Assembly (NCBI RefSeq): GCF_964204645.1
Contig: NC_134027.1
Location: 16,214,485 to 16,278,484, forward strand
Direction: 5' to 3'
Length of the DNA: 64,000 nt
Source of the DNA: Tubulanus polymorphus
Taxonomy: Eukaryota > Animalia > Nemertea
The translations under genes were made by a program, and so were the position numbers. Shown piece after piece: positions 50,569 to 63,426 of this stretch. The stretch's first letter is position 1. The number at the start of each line of letters is the position of its first letter. The notes under the pieces are model-generated. The model made no database searches, was not told the origin of the DNA, and was given only the letters and a program-made list of their open reading frames with translations.

Positions 50569-51018
50569 CATGAGAAAATGTAATCTTTAAATGCAGAGAG
50601 ATATCAACTAAGATCTTTTTTGAGCCGAGGAGAATCGTACAGATGTTGATTTTTATCTAAATAGCGAGCAATTATGCTGATCTATACCAGCATCAGCAAT
50701 CTTATTCAATTAGCATTTTCTTGTTTTTTTAGTTATGGATCTTTGTTGTTTGTGTGGAGAAAATGCAAAATCTCCGGATTGCTGTCCTATCAATAAAAAC
50801 CATTTATTCAACATTGATTTTGTGCAGTCAAAAGTTTATTAATCAATGTTTTATAGTGTACTGCTGTCATTGCAAACTGAATTTAAACACTCGATGGTTG
50901 ATTGATCACTTCTGTCAGAGCCTTTTGCAAATTGTTTCTGCAATAATAATCATTATTATCTTAATATGTCCAGTTTTATCTGGATTTACTAATATATTAT
51001 TTCTAAATAAATATAAAA

Positions 51019-52293
51019 AACTAGGGGTCCAGGGACACCATGCCCACTTGGGAAGTGGTTCCAAATGCTCAACAATCTAACAATTTCAATATTTAACGCC
51101 CCCTGGTGACCATATAGAAAAACCAATGACCTTGAAACTCACCACAATCATAGAACTTGTCAGCAGCTACGATTGTGTAATTGATTGTGATAACAAAATA
51201 TGCCTCGTTACCAATTTAATATGGAAATACTTTGTTATTCTACTATTTAACACCCCCTGGTGACCATATTCAAAACCCAATGACCTCGAAACTCCACACT
51301 CGAACCACAATCATAGAACATGTCATGAACTACAACTTTGCAATTGATCATGGTAACAAAATATGCCTACGTACCAATATAATAAGGAAATACTAAGTTA
51401 TTCTACTATTCAACGCCCCCTGGTGACCATATAGAAAAACTAATGTCCTTAAAACTCGCAACAATCATAGATGATGTCATGAGCTACAACGTTCCAATTG
51501 ATTGTGGTTACAAAATATGCATAGGTACGAATATAATAAAGAAATGCTAAGATATTGCATTATTCAACGCCCCCTGGTGGCCATATACAAAATCCAATGA
51601 CCTTGAAACTCACCACAATCATAGAACACGTTATGAGCAACATTTTTCTAGATGATTGTGGTAACAAAATACGCTTAGGTATCAATATAATGTGGAAAAA
51701 CTTTTTCCCACTTACGAATGAGGATGGTGACACCAAGATGGCCGCCAATTGCGTCATAATTGGCTGATGAAAAATACCTGTCTTAGGTTTAAAACATCCC
51801 TTTCCAAATACCCAACACAAATTGCAATAAGAAATGGTAAACCAGTAGGAAGCTACAGGACTCAGGATTCGGGCCAAAAATTAACATTTTTGGGCACTGA
51901 AAAGGTCACAGGACGGCCATCTTGAGTCTGATCGACCTAATTTTTGTTATGCTGATGGGCCCTGGGGGGATACACATATATCCCAAAGATCAAGCTAATT
52001 GATCAAAGCGTCTTCCAAATTTCCCTCAAGAAGTTCAAAAATGTGTAAAAAGTGCTGATTTTGGCGAACAACAATGGCTGCCAGTCGGCCATCTTGATTC
52101 TGACAGGGCCAGTTTTTGGGCTGAAGATGGGTTTTGGGGTAGATACATGTGTAACCCAAATATCAAGACGTTACCTTGAAGCGTCTTCAAAACTTCCCAA
52201 AATAACTGGATTCCGTCTACGGACGGATAGACGGACGGACGGACGAAAAGTGAACGCAATAGCCCGCTGGGACTAAAGTCCCAAGTGGGCTAA
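51019..52293 (+). mobile_element. Full-length HINE/DINE-1-like element
   Basis: 5' aactaggggtccagggacaccatgcccacttggga; four ~154-162 bp units (ccccctggtg at 51099, 51253, 51415, 51569); (GACG)n; 3' hairpin gcccgctgggac-taaa-gtcccaagtgggc. Confidence 0.8.
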
Positions 52294-52619
52294 CAAGAGC
52301 CCCAAGGGGCACTATGGCCAGCCTGTCGGCTTTTCATAAAATGGCAAATGACGCATTCTGTGGCTTAACCAGCTCATAGACTAGTCAATTCCAATAATAA
52401 TAACCATTTACACAATTCAATTGTGTTTTCATAGGTAGCACAGACAGCAACTGGAGCTGGCAGGAACAAATACCTCAGATAAATCCTTTCCCCTGGTCTT
52501 ATTGATTTGAATGCGAAATAGAATTGAATTTTCTCAAATTTGCTCAATAAAACAAAATTGAATTGGATTTGCTATTTTACCTTGTTCAATAAAGTGAAAT
52601 TGAATTGGATTTGATATTT

Positions 52620-52815
52620 TTGGCAGAATAAAATTTGATTGAATTTGCATATTGAGCACATGGCTAATTAGCATATCAAGGTCAATCTGATTTAAGAAAA
52701 GGCTATTTTTTCCGGACGTTGCACAATTGTCAATGATATTTTCTATACTGCAAATAAAAATATTCCTCCCAAAAACCAAATCAACTAAAGATTTCACAGA
52801 AATCGATATTGAAAT
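52620..52815 (+). repeat. Interspersed repeat shared with 551-750
   Basis: tggcagaataaaatttgattgaatttgca...ccaaatcaactaaagatttca present at both places. Confidence 0.7.
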
Positions 52816-54020
52816 CATAGAGGAGTCATTGCTTTCTGATTGGCTTTTTAAAACAGATATTTTTGCAGTCAGTTTTTCGTGAAAAAGCTCATATAAATTT
52901 TAACGAGGCTCTTTTTCAAAATTAAGCTTCATAGGGGTTGGAAATGGATAATGCTTTAATGAATGATTGTATGGATATATGCTCAGTTGCACAGTCAAAG
53001 AGCCTTTATACTGGAAACCATGTCATTTAAATTCCCTCCATTTGTATAGAAATAGGCTCAGCCCACGGCTGGCCTAATCATTATAAAAAACCTGTATGTG
53101 TGTTTTCTCGTGGTCTCTGGTCAGCTGAGTCTGAGTAGTATCTAGGCCTATACGAAAAATAAAGTGCCTGAATTAGATGGAAACTATTCTGAAATTTCAT
53201 TGATTCAAAAGGAACTGTTCTTGGATAATGGAGGATTTTGCACAGACTACAACCAAATGTATAAAATAACGAATTATATCCTTGAATAAAGTATCAGACT
53301 CACTAGAATAGGCCGAATTAATTGATCCAGAGAATTCCCATAATATATTTCCGTATCGATCTGAACCAATTCGTCACTATCAAAGAGTAGATCATCAAAA
53401 TCGTCATCATTTATACTTACGTATTTATTCTATAGATATTTCAATTTTCAATTTATTTTCTTTGAAAATTGAAATATCAATAGAATAAATACGAAACAAT
53501 TCCCTGATTACAATAACACCGTTGCCATTTTTAACAGAGCGGAAACAACCGAATTATGACTGAGCTTCCCGATCTCGCTGGCTATCGCTTATCCGGGCGT
53601 GACGTAACAAAATAATCGCCGACGAACCGCTATCGGCATAAGGGCAATAACAACGCACATTCAACAAGAGCAGTATGATAGTGTCAGTATTCCATACCAT
53701 TACACTTCCATGGTAATAGTTAGAAAGTTTTTAGTGTTGCTCAATGTACTCTAATCTGTAAAAACTATACTATGCACGTACTAGACTTTTAGAGCGCACA
53801 TAAACACTGAGTATATCGATTCAACACAGCAGCTTATGTTGAATCAGTGTAGCACGTGTACTCGTCGAATTCAAATCACCTATATGCAAACATAGAATTA
53901 ATCCGTGATCACACCAAGAAAATATATACCGAACTTTCGGCCAATAAACGACAAAATCTATTTCCCGATATCTATATACGGATCTAAATCAGAGAATAGG
54001 CCTATGTAAAGTGCTATTTC

Positions 54021-55176
54021 AACTAGGGGTCCAGGGACCAATGCCCACTTAGGAAGTGGTTTCAGATGCTCAACAATCTTGCAATTTCAATATATAACCC
54101 TCCCTGGTGACCAAAGACAAAAACCAAATACCTTGAAATACACCACAATCATAGAACATGTGAGCAGCTACGATTTTGCAATTGATTGTGATAACAAAAT
54201 ATGCTTCGTTACCAATTTAATATGGAAATACTAAGTCATTCTACTATTCAACGCCCCTGGTGACCATATGCAAAACCCAATTACCTTGAAATTCACCACA
54301 ATCGTAGTACATGCCATGAACTACAACTTTGCAATTGATCATGGTAACAAGATATGCCTATGTACCAATCTAATAAGGAAATACCTAGTTATTCTACTAT
54401 TCAACGCCCCCTGGTGACCATATAGAATAACTAATGTCCTTAAAACTCACCAAAATCATGGAAGATGTCATGAGCTACAACTTTGCAATTGATTATGATA
54501 ACAAAATATATAGCATAGGTACAAATATAACATAGTAATACTAAGTCAATGTATTATTCAACACCCCCTGGTGGCCATATACAAAAACCAATGACCTTGA
54601 AACTCACCAAAATCATAGAACACGTTATGGGCTACAACTTTCCAATGGATTATAGTAACACAATATGCTTAGGTATCAATTTAATGTGGAAAAACATTTT
54701 CCACCCTATGAATGAGTACTGATGACACCAAGATGGCTGCCAATTGCATCATACTGGCTGATCAAAAATACCTGTCTCAGGTATAAAACATCCCTTTCCA
54801 AAGAATACCCATCACAAATTGCAATGAGAAATGGCAAACCAGTAGGAAGCTACAGGACCAAGAATTCCGGCCAAAATTGACAATTTTGGGCACTAAAAAG
54901 GTCATAGGACGGCCATCTTGAGTCCGATCGACCCAATTTTTCTTATGCTGATGGGCCAACAATGGCTGCCAGTCGGTCATTTTGATTCTGACAGGGCCAG
55001 TTTTTGGGATGAAGATGTGTCTAGGGTAGATACATGTATAAACCAAATGTCAAGACATTACATTGAAGCGTCTTCAAAACTGCCCAAAATAACTGGATTC
55101 TGTCTATGGTTGGACGAACAGACGGACCAAAAGCGAACGCAATAGCCCACTGGGACTAAAGTCCCAAGTGGGCTAA
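54021..55176 (+). mobile_element. HINE/DINE-1-like element with ~110-bp internal deletion
   Basis: Same ends and tandem units as 51019-52293; lacks the segment equivalent to ~51960-52068. Confidence 0.8.
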
Positions 55177-56162
55177 AAATGTATACATGGAACTATTTTA
55201 AGGGCGGACTAATACAGTTTTACTTCTAGACAGGGGCGGCGCTACTTAAGTTTCAATTTTTCTATTTCGGCAATATTTGATTAACCAAGCAGCAAAAATT
55301 CACCATATACGAACTCATCCTTCTGTGTTTCATATTCAAGCACCTGTGAAAGTTTCAGAAGCGTGCGATGCATTAAACGGACGTCATCGTTTGACGTGAC
55401 GGATTTCACGATAACAATAGTACTACGTCCCCTTATCCTTAAAATGAGGTTAAAATGATGTCTCTAATTGGGATAGGTCAGTCAGCGTGTTGGGCACTGT
55501 GCCACCAAGCCTATACTAATGCAAAGTTGAGCATCTCTGTACATGCATATGAAATATCCTGGAGTTATTTGAACAACACTTCTGCACAATGAACATCAGC
55601 ATACCATCAATACATACACGTCATCATATACACAATTCAATTTGATTTCACTAACATATGCCATTTCCTGAGATTTCAGTCACTAGACCCAGGCAACTTT
55701 TATCATGACGAAATTGTTTCAAAATAAGCGGCCTGGCTTTCCTAATTGAATGTTCATAATTTGAGCCCTTTAGGAATGAGCTATCAATTTTGGCCTAAGT
55801 TGTCAGGTTTCAAACATAAATGTGGACTGGGATTTTGCACAGCCTTGAATGAAACTTAACCTAATTAACATGTACTAATTTAGTAAGTATCACATATACT
55901 AATTATATATTACATGTACTAATCATATACCCACTATTGTGGCAGCACATCATCCCAAAAAGAGGAGCTGATTCAGTAAGGTATCATAATAAAAGACCAA
56001 TGGTTGACTTTCAAGTTTGCGCACCATAAAGAAAAAAAAATTATGAAATAAAGTTTTGGTTAATCCGCTCAATTGACCCATTAGTGGTGAAAATACAAGC
56101 TACTGAAATTGCGTTTGAGTGAGCTAAAAATATAGCTAATAGTGTTGAGCATACTGTATTAA

Positions 56163-56455
56163 CTCAATGACTACGTTAAGCCGCTGTCAGCGGCTAGCCG
56201 GTATTTACCGTTGCATACAGAAAACCGCTGGACGTCACAAATGTAAACACTGCCTACGTTCAAACTACACGTGATTTTAACCAATCAGAATGCAAGTAAA
56301 CATTATTATCATAAATTATGTGAGGGAATTCCATGGAATCCCCTATGCAACGGGTCATAGACACTATTGATCATGGGAATCCCCTGTTAACCAAAATGGC
56401 GGAAATTCCATCTGCTGCGAGCGATTTTGAATTTGGGTATTCCGGAGTGAATGAG
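56163..56455. mobile_element. TTAA-flanked MITE (piggyBac-like)
   Basis: ttaa-ctcaatgact ... agtgaatgag-ttaa, imperfect TIR. Confidence 0.5.
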
Positions 56456-56529
56456 TTAAGCATGATAGCAATGATGATCAATAGGCCAGAATGTTGACAT
56501 TGGCTCCCTTAGAGAGTTAAGAGAGGTAC

Positions 56530-56665
56530 CTTCAATTGTGTACTATCATCAGATATGCCATCTTCTCTCTTTCTTGCTTCCTCTAAAAGTTGGGCATTTT
56601 TCTTTTTTTCAGTTTGTTGATTTCGTTTTAAGCTTGTGAATTTTGATCGAATTTCTTTCAGTTGA
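56530..56665 (-). CDS. ERC1: ERC1/2 coding exon
   Basis: AG..GT bounded, 136 nt, QLKEIRSKFTSLKRNQQTEKKKNAQLLEEARKREDGISDDSTQLK, matching ELKS EKKKSAQMLEEARRRED; phase matches both neighbours. Confidence 0.92.
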
Positions 56666-57202
56666 CTGTAAAGACATAAAGCCATGTCAAACACTCTTTA
56701 AGGGCAAATTGTACTGTCCGTGATTACTTAACTAGTAGAAACTTCAGTATAAAATATAGTTATTTAGTATACAATGGTTGGACTGGTTCCAGTTGCGAAA
56801 AATTACGAATCCTTTTTTGCGAGGAGTTAAGTCAATACCATGCAAACTGATTTTCATCGGAAATGGTCTCTCAACGCAAATCATCCACGCAAACATACAT
56901 GACGTTAGTGAATAAGGCAACAGCCCATTGACCCGGGTAGAGACCTTGAATCACGGACCTGGATTTGGTCATTCCATAGCATGGAATGTCCAGGTGCCGA
57001 TTGAGGGATGAAAAAAAGAACTAGGGGTCCAGGGACACCATGGCCACTTGGGAGTGTTTTCAAATGCTGAACATTCTAACTGCTTCAATATTCAAAGCCC
57101 AAATAGGCCAAAACGTAGTCTTTTCAAATGAAAGATCACCACCAGTCAGCCATTTTAGATGTCATAATGATAGATTCAGATAGATTAGATACTGGGAGAT
57201 AA

Positions 57203-57596
57203 AGTCCAGGAGCTTATTAAGCCGAGTGTGCATAAAAGGTTAAAGCTTGGCAACATTTGGGAACCTATGAAGGAGATGAAAATATTAAGGGTAACTGTTG
57301 CTGGTTGAATTTTTAACCTTGATAATTAAAATCAGCATGAAAATACCAGTCGAGTGCAAAAACAGAGTTAAATTATCTTTTCATTCCCCAGAGTAGCATC
57401 CTAATTGGAAAATTTCACAATTATACATTTTTGACACCATAGAAGGGTAAGAAGTATGTTGCCATGGCAAGTAAATAACAATGAAAAAAAATTGCACCGC
57501 CAATTTTCTGAAACTGCAAGGTTCCTACTTTCTAAAAATCATGGGTGCCAAGCTTTTCAGCTTTTATGTTCACTCGGTTCAATAAGCTCCTGGACC
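57203..57596. mobile_element. Harbinger-like MITE
   Basis: TIR gtccaggagcttatt.a.ccgagtg; TAA on both sides. Confidence 0.75.
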
Positions 57597-57825
57597 TAAT
57601 ATTAATGCTCTACATAAAATACATTCAATGTAATAGACCAAAATGTAACTAGCTTTAATCACAGGCACCAGTCAGCCATCTCCAATGCTACTATAAACTA
57701 GAATCATATACATTAATAATACCATCATAAATTCTCATGTGAAATGTAAATCCTCTTTATGAATTACATTCACAGTAATAGGCCAAAATGCAGATTTTTG
57801 GAACCAAAGATCATCATTGGTTTGC

Positions 57826-59733
57826 ATAAAGTTGTGCATGCACTCTTTTACATTTTTGCAAGCTGCTCATGCACACATTTCTGCTCTTGGTTAAAAGTAT
57901 GAGCTGATATTTTTGTTCATGCATGTCAAAACACATGTGAGCAGAAATCCAAGGTATAAATTCTTGCTCATGTCCTCAATATATAAAGAGTTTTTTAACT
58001 TCATATTGGATAAAATATAATTAATTGCATATACTAGACTTACAATTACTATAGCTAACCGGCTTACAAATACTCTATACGATATTTATGCATAATAACA
58101 GAAAGTGGATGTATTTTATATCTCATAATTACTACGGTCTTAGGCCGTTTTTCTAATAGCTTGGTTTATTGGGTAGACAGTGAAATATCATTGCGGAGGG
58201 AGAAATAAAAATAAGGAAAAATTTACAATAACTTTTTGATGGAAGAGTGAACTGTCGATAGGGCAATATACATATGTCCAAACAAATTATTCTTGGGAAG
58301 TTCGAATTCTGCACGCTGTGATCAAGAAAGAACCTAGCGTTTTTCAATTTTTTCATCATTAAGGCAGGATTCTCATTCGGCAGAGGTTAAAAATCTTTTT
58401 TTGTTCATTTTTTCAGTGAGTTTGTTCCACAGACAGAAATAAAAATAACACTTTTTAAAATTTCAGGAGGCGGTTCCAATAAACCAAGCTATTAAAAAAG
58501 CCTTAGCAAATGGCACTGGACAGTCAGGTAAATGTTAACCAAAGACTTAATGAATTAATGCCACTAATTTGAACTGATATTTTTGCAACACAAAATAACT
58601 GGGGAAATACTAATTGTGGCGGTTTAGTAGTTGCATTAGAATATGAAAATCTGCATATATACAAATGCATCTTCTGATAAATTGCAGTCTATATTTAGCA
58701 ACTGATCTCGAGATAATTGGCCAGCTCTACATCTGAGCACCCAAATAGAGCAGTTTCTATTAGTACTGCTAAAAATGGACAAATTTTTCAAACAACGACA
58801 GCTTTTTTCTCCCAGGGAAAAAATGTCCCCGGAAAAAATGTCCCAGTCTATCATTACTAACTGTGTAATGTAGTTAATTTAACATCATAATAAAACCAGA
58901 GAACACCAGAGAACAAACTTGGTAATACATTTCAATAACAATTCAAACATTTTTACAACAAATAATGGCTCTACATGTATTTTGATTATTTGTAAACTAA
59001 ATTTGAAATCTCCTTAATTTGACGTAATTATTGAAGCAACTGTGCATTTACTTTATAACTTTATATGATTTTCTACATTAATGATATTCTTGCCGAGGAT
59101 TTTAAACTGTTATACATTTGCAGATCTATATGCGTAACTAAAATTGATAGACTCAAGCCAATTTGTGGGTAGCTTACAATTAAATCCAGGTTAGGCCTAT
59201 ACTGGTTTTGAAACAATAGCTCGAGCAACTTTACGAGCAAGTCTCAAGAAATTCCAGCTCAAACCAGTTCTGACCAGTGGGAAAAAGGCTATATAAACTC
59301 CAGAATCTAGATTAGAACTTCAATCAGATGATAATCACAATTGAGTGGGGAGCAAGGATAGAATATGAACACGAGAAAGAAACTGCCAGGTTGTTGTTGT
59401 TTTTGTTGTTGTCAAAGGTGTACTGTTATTACTACTAGTGTTATTGGTGATAGGCAAACATTTCTGATTATTTTCTTCTTCCGTTAAAAAAGCAGTGCTT
59501 AAACAACGCTTTTTTCGGCCTTTCGACAGTACCACTGGTCATATGTGCATGTTTCTATTGAACCTTCTCGACATGTACTTTAACATGCATGAGCAAGAAT
59601 TTCCGCTCATGCCTACTTTGTAATATGATTTAAAGATATTCCCATGAGCAGTAACATCTGATCGCATGATGAAGAATAATGGGTGCATGAGCAGTTTGCA
59701 AAAACGCAAAAGAGTGCATGAACAACTTTATGA
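57826..59733. mobile_element. Non-autonomous TIR element with gctcatgc subterminal repeats
   Basis: ~50-bp imperfect inverted repeats cataaagttgt.catgcactctttt..ttttgcaa.ctgctcatgcac at both ends; exact termini unclear. Confidence 0.55.
58143..58502. mobile_element. Harbinger-like MITE
   Basis: TIR core taatagcttggtttattgg; TTA on both sides. Confidence 0.7.
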
Positions 59734-59790
59734 GCAACTTACAGAAAGTGGGTGTATTTTATAGCTTGTATGTGATACGGTATCGCTTAA

Positions 59791-60718
59791 CCCTCCTTCT
59801 AGAAGGGCATATCTAACAGTATCAGCCGGTGCTGCCATCTGCATAAAATCCAAGATGGCAGCAGCTAGGAAAAAACAATTTGGCTGGGTGAAACGGTTCA
59901 GCAGGTCATATATGATGCTAACAGTGATGTGACTTGGAATTTGGTAGTGAACAAATTGAGAGTGAGAACGAATATGACATTGCAGTTCAGATGATGAGAC
60001 TTAGTCAGACAATAGGTGAGACTTAGTCAGAAAATAGGTTTAGTGCCGGCAATGATTTTGATGATGAAAATGAAATCAGAGACAATTTTTCTAGACCCTG
60101 TTGATACGGTTGTCAGGGCAACGGACACCAATAACAAAAATGAAGAACCAGAAACTGTCCATCCTCAAGGTCACATATATCCAAATTATTTGTCTTATTT
60201 ATAAGCCCAAAGGTTATCAACACCATGGTTTATAATATGTCCGTGTCAAATACATAGGTAACAATTTTCTGAGTCCTGAAATTATACCCCAATGAAACCC
60301 CTTACATCCGGCCTTCCGACATATCGGTGGAAAAGTGGGTAAATGAGTGGGAAAATAAATTTTTTAGTTGTTCTATTGCTTTGAAATTCTTACTTCATAA
60401 AGTAAGGATATATGGCTTAAAATTTCAGTTGAAATTGATTAGATCAGTGCATTTTGCTGGGAGACAGCAGTTTATCTGCAACTTTTTCGTGAATTTTTTT
60501 CATGGCGGCCATCTTGGAGTATGTGCCCTTGACCTCAAGTTCACTTATATCCAAATTATTCATGTCTACTTTGTTGGCCCAAAAGTTATCAACAACATGC
60601 TATATAATTTTTGTGTCAGATACCTTGGTAACTATTCCATGAAGCCTCAAACATACCCCTATAAACCCCTAAATTCCCGCCGGTACAGCAGCAGAGACAC
60701 TAAGTGGTATTGAAAGGG
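59791..60718. mobile_element. Possible non-autonomous piggyBac-like element
   Basis: ttaa-ccct... and ...aaggg-tttaa ends; internal direct repeat 60170-60300 vs 60540-60670. Confidence 0.4.
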
Positions 60719-60865
60719 TTTAAAGTCAATATGATCATAAAATTTGAGTACTGTAAGGAGAAGTTGTCAATTCTAACCAATTTCTCAGTTTTGTGATTAG
60801 AAATAATGCAGTCAATTTCTAATCTTCTGCCAGGTAAGGGTGGAAGAAATAAATTTGAGTCTTAC

Positions 60866-61068
60866 TCTTGCATTTCCTTGATTTGCTTATCTTTATAAAA
60901 TTTCTCATTTTCCATTTCTTTCATTATTTCCAGTAATCTATCAACTTCTTGATGAGATTTACTGACAGCGTCAGTATAGTGTGCCACTTGTTGTTCTAAA
61001 TCTAAAATGCGTTGTTCCGTTTCTCCTTGTGGATTCATTTGAAAATCTGTAATTTGTTTCTCTTTTAT
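60866..61068 (-). CDS. ERC1: ERC1/2 coding exon
   Basis: AG..GT bounded, 203 nt, ...SKSHQEVDRLLEIMKEMENEKFYKDKQIKEMQ, matching ELKS KAQAEVDRLLEILKEVENEKNDKDKKI. Confidence 0.93.
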
Positions 61069-61591
61069 CTGTAACATAATTGTATTCAAGATTAAGGTCA
61101 GGACAGCATCAAAGACAACTCCTTGGTATACAGGATTTGCAATGCTATAAATATGAAGATGGGTACTCAGCATTCATTCATCACGCTTATTCATAAATAT
61201 CAGTTCCTGCAATGACTAGTAATGTGACCCCTCATCTAACTCAGATATGGCCTTCGCAAGATTTGGACTGAATGGAATGAAATGGTATGATTTTATGATT
61301 ACCTTACACATTTGATTTCCATACATACAGCTTTAACCAACCAATCTTGGCAATCCAAGTTTGTATCAGTAAGGGGAGGTTTACTTCATTCTCAATCAAA
61401 GCAATAACTCATTCTGTAGACTGATGCATATAAACCACACTCAAACGTGGCAAATGGATAATAATAGTCATATTATCCATTCACCACGTTTGAGTGTGGT
61501 TATTGTACTATGCTGCTTGTATAATTTATATCTATCTTATTATACAAGCAACATGTTGGCTGATACAGTTACGCTGTTTTATGATAAGATT

Positions 61592-62207
61592 TACAAGGAC
61601 CACCTGCACAGTGCGCCCTAGTGTTTGAATCCAGAAAATGACTCTTATAATTTTTAGCCCTTGACCCTTAGTATCTACATACCAAGCATTGTCAAGATCG
61701 GATAATCATTGTAGGACTTGCAATTTAAAGATTCAACAAGCGCCACATCTACAGCGCTCCCCAGAGGTCAATTTGGGAAAAGGGCTCTCTAACCTTTTGG
61801 AACTGGCCTGTAGTATCTATATACTAAGTTTCGTCAAGATCTGATTATACATGTACAGCGCCCCCCTGAAGATTAAATTGGGAAAACAGCTCTATAACTT
61901 TTAACCCTTGGTCCATAGTATCTATATATCAAGTTTCGTCACGATCGAATAATGATTGTAGAACTTGAAGCAAACACCACCTGTACAGCGCCCCCTAAAG
62001 GTTTAATTGGGTGAACGGCTCTGTAACTTTTTAGGGCTTGGCCCTTATTAGCTTCATACAATGTTTGGTCAAGATAAGAAATGTAACACTAGTAGCAAAT
62101 TGAAGCAAAAGTTGATGGACGGATAGATGCTATGGCGTACGCTATGACAGATGAAGAGATGATGACGGATAATCCCCTTACCCTTCGGTCACCGCGGAGC
62201 TTATAAA
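61592..62207 (+). repeat. HINE-like repeat with ~110-130 bp internal tandem units
   Basis: acagcgccccc / tagtatcta.ata..aagtt blocks recur 3-4 times; gacgga-rich 3' part. Confidence 0.5.
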
Positions 62208-62735
62208 TAGAAAGACAAGGAAACAGAACAAGGGATCCAGGTACACCATGCCCACTTGAGAAGTGGTTTGAAATACAACCGATTATCCGAGGCGGTCAGC
62301 TCCGAGGCAACCGGAGTTTACTGAATATATGAAAGATCAAGGTAATTGATCTAGTTGTTCAATAATTAGCTGTAAATTATGAATATGAGTTCACCAATTA
62401 TTATGTATTGTTTGCATGGACCACGATCGCATGCATACACTGACACAACTGTGCCATGCTTATTGAAAATGAAGGGAATTTCGAATCACGTTCAACGGTT
62501 TCATAGGAATGTCTACAGTCAATTAGGCCTACTTGGATCATTTCTAGGTTGCCTGAAGTGTACACTGACGTGGCGAGATGCTGACTATTGCTACGCAATA
62601 AGCTTACGTCTGCAGTGAATGAATACACACCGCCATACTGCCATTGAATGGCTTACAACTCAGCGTTAATTTTGGTCTAACTATAAAAAATAAAGACTTT
62701 CAAGGACATAAGTCTTTTCCAGCAAAACAAGAGTG

Positions 62736-63029
62736 CTAGCTCAGGTCGACCTACGACCCGATCATCTCATCGTAAGAATCTGCGATGTTTTCATCGGGAG
62801 CCATTTCGACCCAAGGTTACTTACAATCGCGACGAAATGTTCGCAGATCCATCGTAAGCTGAATCGCTAGGATAGAACAAGTTCTATCTCTACGACCCAA
62901 TCAACTCGTCGTAGCCAATCAGTGACAGAGCAAGACTGCGACTGAATCGATCAGCAACCAGCGGTTACATGTTAGAAACCGCTGTTCTTACGACGAGATG
63001 ATCAGGTCGTAAGTCGACCTGAGCTTAGC
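62736..63029. mobile_element. MITE with ~40-bp TIRs
   Basis: gctcaggtcgac.tacgacc.gatcatctc.tcgtaagaa inverted at the other end. Confidence 0.75.
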
Positions 63030-63109
63030 TTAAGGTCATGGTTATAAGCTTTGAGTAGAAATATTCATAGCAAGGCAAAACCAAATCTTATAAGCTATAA
63101 TCATTTTAC

Positions 63110-63250
63110 CTTCTGAAGTTCAGTTTTGACTGTAATCAAATCATTCATTTTTTCATGTAACCTCATCTCCATTTTGTTATATTCTGAGTCCCTTTTATAT
63201 TTTTCAGATTTTAGCTCTGAAATTTCATCTCTTAATTCTAATAACTCTGC
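63110..63250 (-). CDS. ERC1: ERC1/2 coding exon
   Basis: AG..GT bounded, 141 nt, AELLELRDEISELKSEKYKRDSEYNKMEMRLHEKMNDLITVKTELQK coiled coil, phase 0 into exon 60866-61068. Confidence 0.85.
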
Positions 63251-63426
63251 CTGAAATATAAAACATAGCCAAAATTCAGCTTACAGTCACACCACATTTT
63301 AAGGTCATTGGGACAAAAAAATAAAGGACCAATGGTCCAGAGCCTCGCCAAACTGGTGTGAAGTAAAAAATCCGTCATGAAGGCCATCGGTATACAAAAA
63401 TTCATTTCATTGAAAATAAAAAAAGG

